Shown here in pieces: positions 45,593-57,480 of a stretch of 64,000 bases of DNA (positions within the stretch are counted from its first letter, which is position 1; each line of letters opens with the position of its first letter). The stretch is from Camelus dromedarius (lineage: Eukaryota): assembly GCF_036321535.1 (NCBI RefSeq), contig NC_087437.1, forward strand, positions 112,470,001 through 112,534,000, read 5' to 3'. The notes beneath the pieces were generated by a model. That model was not told where the DNA came from and searched no databases. It saw only the letters and a list, made by a program, of their open reading frames with translations. A program made the position numbers and the translations under genes.

Positions 45593-47325
45593 GTAAGTTG
45601 GAGATAATCAGCTGTCTTGAAAACTTTACAATTTTTTATTAGTTAAGTTGTATTTCTTGATTGCAGGGTATAAAAGATGTTTGTTATATAAATTTAAGTT
45701 TTAGTTTAATTGATTTACTGAAGATTTTCTTTAAATTCTCTTTTGAAAATAACAGTTGTAGTGGAAGATGAACATTGATGCACTTTTTTGCTTTGCTGGT
45801 GGAATATCAGTATCTTTATTTGATTCAATCTTGTAGTTCGTCAGTGCCAGGATTTTGAATGCAGGTTTTCATTGAATGATTGTTCATTGAACAATTGTGT
45901 AAACATCAATTTTTGAAGGTAAAGGAGCCTGGATCAAATCTGTAACAGTATTAAAACACTGGGAGGTTTTATTGTAAAGCTTAAGCTTAGAGATGACCTT
46001 GTGTCTGCATCTACTTCTAAAAGTGCAGTGAATGGAGAGGAAATTGTTGATGGATATTTAGCATTTTTGGAATTGATTAAATAATTGATGCTTAGAAATG
46101 AAGGATTTATGATTAACCACAAAAATAATGTTTTAGTTTTGGAAAGGGAGGAGTGTGGTATGAGGGTTTCTTTTAAATGTTTATTATTTTTGGTATAGAG
46201 TAAGGTTTAAAAAGTACAGACTCTAGCCATGTTTAGATTCATGGTTCTGGCAACCATGAATCTAGCTGATATTTGGTACCTAACAAAGAATTAGCAGACC
46301 ATGATTAGTTTCGTTTTGGAATAGATTTTGTCCTGTATTGGTACACTTTTTCTGTAATCTTAATGACCTGGATTTCTGATTAGCTTTTTCTCAGATCACT
46401 AAGGTTATCTAAGTTTATATTGGCACTAGAGTAAATCTCATCTGGTTATAAAGTGGATTATAATCTTTCAGATAGACAGATTGAAATATTTTTTAAGTTA
46501 TGTGTTAAGGGCTGTAAGAATTTCCTTCCCCAGATGACTTTATTATCATTCTTTGAAATAGAAACATTAAAAAAATTATTTCTTAGTAATCTTAGTATGG
46601 GGGGGAAGAGGTGTCATTTTTATTAGGATGTAGCATGGGTGAAAATTCAAGTTCTATATTGAGTTTTTACATTTGTTGTTCAGACCTTTATATGCTATAT
46701 AAAAGCAATTACCAGCATTTGCTGAGGGCTTACTTTGTGCCAGGCATTGTTCAGTGTACTTTGTAAGTTTTAACTCACTTTGCCCTCTAACTCTAGAAGA
46801 CAGTGTCAGCAGTTTGGCTATGTCCATTCATCCAGTGAGTGATGGATTGATCTCAGGATCCAGAAGCAGACAGTCTGTTCAGAGCCAGTGCCATGTTGCT
46901 TCCTGTATAAATAAAGGTTATAAAATAGTCACAAAAGTTATTTAACATGAGTACTTTTTATAGGAGTTCTAGCAGTTAATAATATGAAGGATATTCGTTT
47001 GTAAGTGTAGTTTAAAAGTAATTTGCTACATTTTGAGAGCTGGAGAAAATAATTGTTTTAAATGAATTTAGAATATATCTTAATATAATTCTAAAAGTTT
47101 TTATAATTAAGAACTTATTTTTAACCCAGGCTTTAGTTGTAAAAGAAGTATTAGAAATTTGTTAGTCTTCAGATTAACTGGTTTATGGAAAATAGTTTAT
47201 TTTATTTAACAAGTGTCATATATTATGGTGTTTTAACATGGAATTTAAGTTCTGGCTTATATGATTTATCTAAATCTATTTAGGGGAATGTTTGACAAGT
47301 TAAAGTTAATTTTCCTTGATTTCAG

Positions 47326-50300
47326 ACTTGAAGGAGGCTTCCAGAAAAAGTAGATGCGTGTCTGTACAAACAGATCCTACTGATGAAATTCCTACCAAAA
47401 AGTCAAAGAAGCATAAAAAGCACAAAAATAAAAAGAAGAAAAAGAAGAAAGAAAAGGAAAAAAAGTACAAAAGACAGTCAGAAGAATCTGAATCAAAGTC
47501 GAAATCACATCATGATGGGAACATAGATTTAGAATCGGATTCCTTTTTGAAGTTTGATTCTGAACCTTCGACAGCACTGGAGCATCCTGTAAGAGTGTTT
47601 GGCCTGTCTGACACCAGTGAATCTCCTGCAGTTGTGCTAGAACCTCCTGTAGTATCGATGGAAATATCAGAGCCACACACCTTAGAAACTCTGAAGTCAG
47701 CCTCAAAAATGGCAGAACTGTCAGTTGCATCTACATCAGTAGTCTCAGTGCAGTCAGAGCAGTCTGTGGCAGTAACGCTGGAACCATCCATGACAAAAAT
47801 TCTGGATTCCTTTGCAGCAGCACCAGTGCCTACTACTACAGTAGCGCCGAAGTCATCTGAGCCAGTTGTAACAATGTCAGTGGAGTATCAGATGAAGTCT
47901 GTGCTGAAATCTTTGGAGAGCACACCTCCAGAGCCATCAAAGATCATGTTAGAGCCTCCAGTAGCAAAAGTGCTAGAGCCACCAGAAACCCTTGTATCAT
48001 CAGAGACACCTGCTGAGGTACACCCTGAGCCAAGCACATCAACAACAACGGATTTTCCAGAGTCATCGGCAACTGAAGTGCTAAGATTGCCAGAGCAGCC
48101 TGTAGAAGTACCATCGGAGATTGCAGATTCATCCATGACAAGACCACAGGAGGTGCTGGAGCTGCCCAAGACCACAGCGTTGGAGCTGCAGGAGTCGTTG
48201 GTGGCCTCAGCGATGGAGTTGCCGGGGCCACCTGCGACCTCCATGCCGGAGTTGCAGGGGCCCCCTGTGACTCCAGTGCTGGAGTTACCTGGGCCCTCTG
48301 CTACCCCGGTGCCAGAGTTGCCAGGGCCCCTTTCTACCCCAGTGCCTGAGTTGCTAGGACCCCCTGCGACAGCAGTGCCTGAGTTGCCGGGGTCCTCTGT
48401 GACATCAGTGCCACAGTTGTCACAGGAATTGCCAGGGCTTCCAGCACCATCCATGGGGTTGGAGCCACCACAGGAGGTACCAGAGCCACCTGTGATGGCA
48501 CAGGAGTTGCCAGGGCTGCCTGCGGTGACAGCAGCAGTAGAGTTGCCAGGGCAGCCTGTGGTAACGGTAGCAATGGAGTTGACGGAACAACCTGTGACGA
48601 CGACAGAGTTGGAGCAGCCTGTGGGGATGACAACGGTGGAACATCCTGGGCAGCCTGAGGTGACAACCGCAGCAGGGTTGCTGGGGCAGCCTGAGGCAGC
48701 GATGGTGCTGGAGTTGCCAGGACAGCCAGTGGCAACGACAGCGCTGGAGTTGCCAGGGCAGCCTTCGGTGACTGGGGTGCCAGAGTTGCCAGGGCTGCCT
48801 TCGGCAACTAGGGCACTGGAGTTGTCGGGGCAGCCTGTGGCAACTGGGGCACTGGAGTTGCCTGGGCAGCTCATGGCGACTGGGGCACTGGAGTTCTCGG
48901 GGCAGTCTGGGGCAGCTGGAGCACTGGAGCTTTTGGGGCAGCCTTTGGCAACAGGGGTGCTGGAGTTGCCAGGGCAGCCTGGGGCGCCAGAGTTGCCTGG
49001 GCAGCCTGTGGCAACTGTGGCGCTGGAGATCTCTGTTCAGTCTGTGGTGACAACAACGGAGCTGTCAACGATGACCGTGTCGCAGTCCCTGGAGGTGCCC
49101 TCGACGACAGCGCTGGAGTCCTATAATACGGTAGCACAGGAGCTGCCTACTACGTTAGTGGGGGAGACTTCTGTAACAGTGGGAGTGGATCCCTTGATGG
49201 CCCAAGAATCCCATATGTTAGCTTCTAACACCATGGAGACCCATATGTTAGCATCCAACACCATGGACTCCCAAATGCTAGCGTCCAACACCATGGACTC
49301 CCAGATGCTAGCATCCAACACCATGGACTCCCAGATGTTAGCCTCTAGCACCATGGACTCCCAGATGTTAGCAACTAGCTCCATGGACTCCCAGATGTTA
49401 GCAACCAGCTCCATGGACTCCCAGATGTTAGCAACCAGCTCCATGGACTCCCAGATGTTAGCAACCAGCTCCATGGACTCCCAGATGTTAGCAACCAGCT
49501 CCATGGACTCCCAGATGTTAGCAACCAGCTCCATGGACTCCCAGATGTTAGCAACCAGCTCCATGGACTCCCAGATGTTAGCAACCAGCACCATGGACTC
49601 CCAGATGTTAGCAACCAGCACCATGGACTCCCAGATGTTAGCAACTAGCTCTATGGATTCCCAGATGTTAGCATCTGGCACTATGGACTCTCAGATGTTA
49701 GCTTCCGGCACCATGGACGCTCAGATGTTAGCGTCTGGTACCATGGATGCCCAGATGTTAGCATCTAGTACCCAAGATTCTGCTATGTTGGGTTCCAAAT
49801 CTCCTGATCCCTACAGGTTAGCTCAGGATCCTTACAGATTAGCTCAGGATCCCTATAGGTTAGGTCATGACCCTTACAGGCTAGGTCATGACGCCTACAG
49901 GTTAGGGCAGGACCCCTATAGATTAGGCCATGATCCCTACAGACTAACTCCTGATCCCTATAGGATGTCACCTAGACCCTATAGGATAGCACCCAGATCT
50001 TATAGAATAGCCCCCAGGCCATATAGGTTAGCACCTAGACCCCTGATGTTAGCATCTAGACGTTCTATGATGATGTCCTATGCTGCAGAACGTTCCATGA
50101 TGTCATCTTACGAACGCTCTATGATGTCTTATGAGCGGTCTATGATGTCCCCTATGGCTGAGCGCTCTATGATGTCAGCTTATGAGCGCTCTATGATGTC
50201 AGCTTATGAGCGTTCTATGATGTCCCCTATGGCTGAGCGCTCTATGATGTCAGCTTATGAACGCTCTATGATGTCAGCTTACGAGCGCTCCATGATGTCC

Positions 50301-53283
50301 CCAATGGCTGACCGATCTATGATGTCCATGGGTGCTGACCGGTCTATGATGTCGTCATACTCTGCTGCTGACCGGTCTATGATGTCATCGTACTCTGCAG
50401 CTGACCGATCTATGATGTCATCTTACACTGCTGATCGTTCAATGATGTCTATGGCAGCTGATTCTTACACCGATTCTTACACTGATACATACACGGAGGC
50501 ATATATGGTGCCACCTTTGCCTCCTGAAGAGCCTCCAACAATGCCGCCATTGCCACCTGAAGAGCCACCAATGACACCACCATTGCCTCCTGAGGAACCA
50601 CCAGAGGGTCCAGCATTATCCACAGAGCAGTCAGCATTAACAGCTGAAAATACTTGGCCTACCGAGGTGCCAGCATTACCTCCTGAAGAGTCTGTATCGC
50701 TGCCTGAACCTCCTGTGAGTCAGAGTGAGATTTCAGAGCCTTCGGCAGTGCCCGCTAATTATTCAGTGTCGGCATCTGAGCCTTCAGTGTTAGCGTCAGA
50801 GGCTGTTGTGACTGTTCCAGAACCACCACTAGAGCCAGAGCCTTCGGTTACTTCCACACCGGTAGAGTCTGCTGCCGTAGCAGAGGAGCATGAAATCGTT
50901 CCAGAGAGACCAGTGAGTTACGTGGTGTCTGAAATTCCCATAATGTCAGCTGAACCAGCTGTGTTAACATCAGAGCCTTCTGTTATGTCAGAGATGGCAG
51001 AAACTTACGATTGCATGAGAGCTTCAGGACGTGTTGCCTCAGAGGTATCTATGTCTCTGCTGGAACCAGCAGTACCTATCCCAGAGCCATCCCAGAGTAC
51101 TCTAGAGCTGCCAGCCATGGCAGTCTCAGAGCCGCCAGCTGTAGCTGTCCCAGAGCCACCAGCCGTGGCTGTCCCAGCGCCACCAGCTGTGGCTGCCCCA
51201 GCACCACCGGCCGTGGCTGTCCCAGAGCCACCGGCTGTGGCCGTCCAAGACCCACCAGTGGAGGCTATCCAGGACCCACTGGCCGAGGCTGTCCCAGAGC
51301 CCTTGGCATTGTCTGAGCCAGAGCATGTTACCATTCCTGTGCCAGTTGTTTCTGCCCTGGAGCCTGCTGTACCAGTCCTGGAACCAGTGGTGTCAGTCCT
51401 TCAGCCTAACATGATTGTTTCAGAACCATCTATTTCTGTTCAAGAATCCACTGTGACAATTTCAGAGCCTGCTGTCACCATCTCAGAGCAGACTCAGGTA
51501 ACACCTACTGACATGGTTTTAGAGTCTACGCCAATAACACTGGAATCTAGTGTTATAAAAAGAATGAATTTACTATCTGGTGATGAAAATCTTGCTCCAG
51601 AGACTGGCATGCAGGAGATTCCCATGCATTCGGATGAAGAGCCACATGCTGAAGGACACCTGAAAAATGACTCCTATGAAACTGAAAATGGTATAAATAT
51701 TGATCTTAATATAAATAATCACTTAATTGTTAAAGAGATGGACCATAATACAGTGTCTGCTGTCAGCACTGGTGCTGTTGGTGAAATTGGTGAAGAGAAA
51801 GTTGTGCCCACCAACGAGACTGAACAATGCACAGTATTGGATACCTGCCCTAGTGTTAGTGAAGCTGATGTAGGAGGAACTCTGTCTTCCCCTGGTCCCC
51901 TTGCTCTTGAACCTGATGCCATGGGAACTGGTAAGGGTTTTGAATTTGCCACAGCATCTGCTCTCAGTTCAGTTAGTAAATATGATATTGAAGTACCTTT
52001 AACTACTCAAGATACTGAACATGACATGGTAATTTCCACCAGCCCCAGTGGTGGTAGTGAAGCTGACATAGAGGGACCTTTGCCTGCTAAAGACATTCAT
52101 CTTGATTTACCATCTAATAATAACTTTATTAGTAAGGATGCAGAAGGACCATTCCCTATACAAGAGAGTGACCAGACATTAGCAGTTGCTCTCAGTTCTA
52201 AAGAAAGTAGTGGAGAAGATAAAGAATTATCTCTCCCTCCTAAAGAGATGTTGCCTGAGTCGGGATTTTCTGCCAATATTGATGATATTAATGAAGCAGA
52301 TTTAGTGAGACCGTTACTTCCTAAGGACATGGAACGTCTTACAAGTCTTAGAGCTGGTATTGAAGGATCTTCACTTGCGAGTGAAGTTGAACGGGATAAA
52401 TCTGCTACCAGTCCGGTTGTTATTAGTATACCAGAAAGAGCTTCAGAGTCTTCTTCAGAGGAGAAAGATGATTATGAAATTTTTGTGAAAGTTAAGGACA
52501 CACATGAAAAAAGCAAGAAAAATAAGAACCGTGACAAAGGTGAGAAAGAGAAGAAAAGAGACTCTTCGTTAAGATCTCGAAGTAAGCGTTCCAAGTCTTC
52601 TGAACACAAATCACGAAAGCGCACCAGTGAATCTCGTTCCAGGGCAAGGAAGAGATCATCTAAGTCAAAGTCTCATCGCTCTCAGACACGTTCACGGTCA
52701 CGATCAAGACGCAGGAGGAGGAGCAGCAGGTCAAGATCAAAGTCTAGAGGAAGGCGATCTGTATCAAAAGAGAAGCGCAAAAGATCTCCAAAGCACAGAT
52801 CCAAGTCCAGGGAAAGAAAAAGGAAAAGATCAAGCTCCAGGGATAACCGGAAAACAGGTAGAGCTCGAAGTCGCACCCCAAGTCGTCGGAGCCGGAGTCA
52901 CACTCCTAGTCGTCGAAGAAGATCTAGATCTGCAGGGAGAAGGAGCTTTAGCATTTCCCCGAGCCGACGGAGCCGCACCCCGAGCCGACGGAGCCGCACC
53001 CCGAGCCGAAGGAGCCGCACCCCCAGCAGACGGAGCCGCACCCCGAGCCGAAGGAGCCGCACCCCAAGTCGACGGAGCCGGACCCCAAGCCGACGGAGTC
53101 GTACGCCTAGCCGTCGGAGGAGATCAAGGTCTGTGGCAAGAAGACGAAGCTTCAGTATATCACCAGTCAGATTAAGGCGATCACGAACACCTTTGAGAAG
53201 AAGGTTTAGCAGATCTCCCATCCGTCGTAAACGATCCAGGTCTTCTGAAAGAGGCAGATCACCTAAACGTCTGACAGATTTGA
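47326..53283 (+). CDS. SON: SON exon 3 (giant exon, 5958 nt: K-rich region, repeats, RS domain)
   Basis: 1993-aa ORF with MDSQMLA, DPYRL, ERSMMS and PSRRSRT repeats. AG at 47324-47325, GT at 53284. Confidence 0.98.
49210..49790 (+). repeat. Coding 30-nt tandem repeat (MDSQMLA[ST][SN][ST])
   Basis: Seen directly. Six identical units at 49381-49560. Confidence 0.95.
52955..53115 (+). repeat. Coding 21-nt tandem repeat (PSRRSRT x7) in the RS domain
   Basis: Seen in translation. Confidence 0.9.
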
Positions 53284-54471
53284 GTGAGTCATTTTAAAAT
53301 TTAATGGTATTAGGGAATCTGGGTTTTTTGTTGTTTTTAGTCAAATGGAATACTTGGGTTTATTGGTTTAAGATAAACATTTTTATCTTTAAATTTTTAT
53401 GATTAGCTTGTGTTTAGAAAATGTAGGAATGAATACATTTGTAATTAGAGTTAAAAAGATCTGCATTGGAGTATATTAGAACCAAGGTATTTCCATATGT
53501 GTTTCATTTTGCCTGAACCATGTTCCATAACTAAAAATGGCAAGTGGAAGTCCAGTTAAAGACAAGGCTAGTTATCTGCTCAGATTTTTGTTATATGTAC
53601 TCCAACATAGTATTGTTGCAAATAAGCCTAAAACTAAGTGTTTCTTTTTTGTAAAATACATGTCTTAAAATGGCAATACAGGACTGTTAAGTGTTTGTGA
53701 AGATAATTCTGCTTGGTGTAATGGGTAATGGAAGTGAGTAGGAAATTTTGCATGTTGGGAGTTATTTACCTGGGTGGATGTGATAATAGGAAATGAAGTA
53801 AAATTTATTAAAGTAATTTTAATAATCTGCTTTAGTTTAAATGAAGTGCTCTAATTTCCCCTAGTTTTAAAAAAGTGTGGAGAGATGACTAAAACTTGAT
53901 GGATTATGCATGACTACCTGTAAGAATAATGGGTAATGTATCATTATCTGTGTGGATTGGACATTTCCAGGTCAGGGTTGTCTAAAGAAAAAGACCCTAA
54001 CAGAAAATAAGGGAGAATGTGTTCAGTTCAACAGATAGTGTCTGAGTTCTTTTTTAATTAAAAGCAGAGGAACAGTATGTAGTTCTTGGAGTGATTAAAA
54101 CTTAGAGGAGAAAGATAATGCACATGTCTCTTTTACCAAATAGTGAAATTGCCAAAAAGAGAAGAATGTGATGATTGCTGTTAATTACTGGTATAGATTA
54201 GGTACTGTGGGAGCACAGTGGAGAGGAAGGTTAAATTCTGATTTAAGACTTACTACTTTGAAGAAGTGGCAGTTTTGAATTTGGTCTCAAAGAGTGATTT
54301 CAAATGTCAGAGGTTCAAAGGAAAGTAATTTAAGGGTGTGATAGTTTTGGAAAATAAAGTAAACTTTGGCAAGTGTGTATCTTAGAGTGTGTGGCAGGGT
54401 GATCACTGTAGTTGTATAGTTTTAGCTGTTTTGTATAGTGTTTGAATGGAAAGGTTAATGTGGACTTAACT

Positions 54472-54620
54472 CTTTTTATTTATTTATTTATTATTAATTT
54501 TTTTTATTCCTTTGTTGGGGGGGATTAGGTTTATTTATTTATTTAACAGAGGTACTGGGGATTGAACCCAGGACCTCCTGCATGCTAAGCATGCACTCTA
54601 CACGAGAGCTATACCCTCCC
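54472..54620 (-). mobile_element. tRNA-derived SINE (Vic-1-like)
   Basis: Same family as 10194-10314. Confidence 0.8.
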
Positions 54621-54787
54621 TGCCAGTTTTTTAGAGGGCATTTGCTTAAAAACCTTGAACCAAAGAGTGAATTAATGACAGCTTAGGGCAGGAAATTGAT
54701 GCCTTTAATTCTGTTAGCATATAAAACTTAGATAATACAAATGTACAGTCTTTTAGGAAAATTGCTTCTTATATTTTCCTTTTGCAG

Positions 54788-54948
54788 ATAAGGCTCAGTT
54801 ACTTGAAATAGCCAAAGCTAATGCAGCTGCCATGTGTGCTAAGGCTGGTGTTCCTTTACCGCCAAACCTAAAACCTGCACCTCCACCTACCATAGAAGAG
54901 AAAGTTGCTAAAAAGTCAGGAGGAGCTACTATAGAAGAACTAACTGAG
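54788..54948 (+). CDS. SON: SON exon 4 (KAQLLEIAKANAAAMCAKAG...EELTE)
   Basis: Manual translation, AG/GT ends, 161 nt. Confidence 0.96.
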
Positions 54949-55013
54949 GTAAGCTAGACAGAATTTGTTTTCATTCTTTAATGGATTATTCCAGTGATGT
55001 TGACTCTGGAGCG

Positions 55014-55504
55014 TGCCAAAACCCGAATTGTGGGCTGAACTGATAATGGCTGGCACCGAGTGGCCAAAACCCGAAATACAGACGTGGCAGCAGCAGAAGC
55101 TCTGTTTAGCAGGCCATTATCCGGGATGGCTAAGCTCCGCTAGCTAAAAGTTACTTCCCATTACTTTTGCTTTCCAGTTTTAGAAGCCAAACTGACTGAG
55201 GAGTGGGACGGTTCGTTTGAATGGAGGAGGTTGAGTGAGCAACACGCAGAAGCTCGCCTACAGTTTCGTTCCCATTCACGACGAGTTCACTGATCGCCAC
55301 GAGTGTACTGCATATACGCAAAGACACAGACAATCTTCAGAAATGATGTTTTGCCACCGGAGCTTGGAAATTAATGAGAATAGCTGGCCATTGCCTGAAA
55401 GGAACTTCTTTCGCATCAACATTTCGGGTTTTGGCTGTTTGGTACCAGCCATTGGTGATAATGGCTGGCCATTATCAGTTCTTCCTGCGGTTCGGGTTTT
55501 GGCA
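55014..55504 (+). repeat. Long imperfect inverted repeat / structured RNA element in SON intron 4
   Basis: TGCCAAAACCCGAA (55014-55027) is the exact reverse complement of 55491-55504. Pairing continues inward to about 55150/55349. Confidence 0.9.
55178..55183 (+). CDS. SON: SON alternative terminal exon (5a-type, short isoform): Phe-stop
   Basis: Strong acceptor TTACTTTTGCTTTCCAG|TTT TAG in phase with exon 4. Agrees with my recollection of human isoform SON E. Confidence 0.65.
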   Translation, partial: F

Positions 55505-56544
55505 GTAACATATATATTTTAAACACACTTATTTTTGTTTTTAAGAATTTGATCTTTTCAATTGAGGCTTTTTTTTGTCTTTTGGCTTTTGTTTTATTAA
55601 TTTTTTTTTTTGGAGGACGCTGAAATATTGCTGCTAGGATCCAGAAATACCACACTGTTTCAGATATTGAAACTTGTTATTGGCTAGCCTTATGCCAGCC
55701 TGCCACTGTCAATATATTCTGTTCCCCTTGGTTACAAGCTTGGTATACTCTGTTTTTGGCTAAATGGGCTTTTTATCTTACTATAATATTTTCAATTGAT
55801 AAGGGATGTGACAAGTTCTACTGCTTGTATAGAGAGACAAGTCCACCCAAATTGAACTCTGACCCTTTTATAAAGCCAGGTAATTGAGTCTGTTCCTTTG
55901 CTTCTCAGGAAGGAATTGACTTTGCTTTATATGTCAGACCTCATCAGTTGTACCCTCTCCACCATGCCTTATTTTCCATTCTTGAGTTCTGTTCCTTTAG
56001 AGACTCAACCTACAAAACATTTATGGCGAGACATGCTACTATCTAACCCAGTTGCAAATGTTTCACAATTTATTTTGCCATAGATTTGGGGATTATACAG
56101 TTCTTAATCTGTTTCCTCAACTAGATGTGTTTCAATATGAATTACAACTTTTTTTTTTTAAGTTTAAGGACCTAGTGAAGGCTTCTATTGCTTGCTTATC
56201 AAATCCAAGCTCCTTATTCAAAACCTTGTGAAAACTTAGTGTTTCCCTATATGTTTTAGCCTCATCTTCAGCCCTCTTGTCCCTTCTAATAAGTTTCTTT
56301 TAACCTCTTTACTGCCACCTGACTAAGGTGACTTTCTTTTTCTTTCTCCACTAATATTTGTTCTTAACTATGAAAATCTGGCTTCAGACTCTTCAAGGAA
56401 TATTCCTTAATTATCAAATTCTGCCTGATTCTTTTCTCTTTTAAGCTTTTGTTCTTTCGGCACTTATGTACTCAGTTTGTATTATATCAGTTTGCACTTG
56501 TTAATTGTGTTGCTCTGTAAAAGCGTTCCTCAATTATCCCATGT

Positions 56545-56692
56545 GTATGTATTCCGTCTCTTGAACTAGATTGTAAGCTCCTTGAGAGCAGGGACCATGT
56601 CTTTTACTTTATTTTTTTGTATTCCCTGGACAGTGCCCAGTACAGTGCTCTGCACATAGTAGGTGCTCAATAAATGTTGTTGACTGACTGAC
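56545..56692 (+). repeat. L2 3' terminus with AATAAA (56669-56674)
   Basis: 'tagattgtaagctccttgagagcagggacc...acatagtaggtgctcaataaatgttgttgactgactgac'. Confidence 0.85.
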
Positions 56693-56864
56693 CAACTAGA
56701 TTGTGTTTAAATAATAGCTCATAAGCTAAGTTACTTATCTGTAACCTATCATTAATCTTGTTTTATTTTTGAAAGTTGATTTTACGTGGTTTTGGTTTTA
56801 AGAAATTACATATTATTCTGCATAAAGTGTAAGGTTTATGTTTTATTTGTGTTTACTTTTTAAG

Positions 56865-57011
56865 AAATGCAAACAAATCGCACAGAGTAAAGAAGATGAT
56901 GATGTAATAGTGAATAAGCCTCATGTTTCGGATGAAGAGGAAGAAGAACCTCCTTTTTATCATCATCCCTTTAAACTCAGTGAACCCAAACCTATTTTTT
57001 TCAATCTGAAT
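56865..57011 (+). CDS. SON: SON exon 5 (KCKQIAQSKE...IFFNLN)
   Basis: AG/GT ends, 147 nt. Confidence 0.96.
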
Positions 57012-57191
57012 GTGAGTATTAGTGTTTATGGACTGGTGAAATAGCACAACTTGTAGAACTATTTAAGTAAAACTGAAATAGATTTTAATTTTTAATTTAG
57101 GTTAAATACTGTGAGAAATAATGCACAAAATCATTTTCAGATTATGTTGGAAATATATTGAGTTTTAATTAAGAAAAACATTATTTTTTAG

Positions 57192-57380
57192 ATTGCTGCG
57201 GCAAAGCCAACTCCACCAAAAAGCCAGGTAACATTAACAAAAGAGTTCCCTGTGTCATCTGGATCTCAACATCGAAAAAAGGAAGCAGATAGTGTTTATG
57301 GAGAGTGGGTTCCTGTAGAGAAAAACGGTGAAGAAAACAAAGATGACGATAATGTTTTCAGCAGCAATTTGCCCTCTGAG
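57192..57380 (+). CDS. SON: SON exon 6 (IAAAKPTPP...NLPSE)
   Basis: AG/GT ends, 189 nt. Downstream constitutive exons lie beyond the window. Confidence 0.96.
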
Positions 57381-57480
57381 GTAAGTAAGAGAAATATTAT
57401 GTATTTTTCCTTTTTTATACCTAAATCTGCATTTTATTGTTACTTTATATCTGATTTGGATTCTGTTTCACTCTTCTTAG

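Noticed and set aside
49210..49790. CRISPR-like array of 30-nt repeats
   Set aside because: Head-to-tail units without spacers, in frame within a mammalian coding exon.
47392..53221. Long antisense and alternative-frame ORFs within SON exon 3 (e.g. 47888-48874, 49121-49681, 52627-53175)
   Set aside because: Expected shadows of repetitive coding sequence; no independent gene signals.
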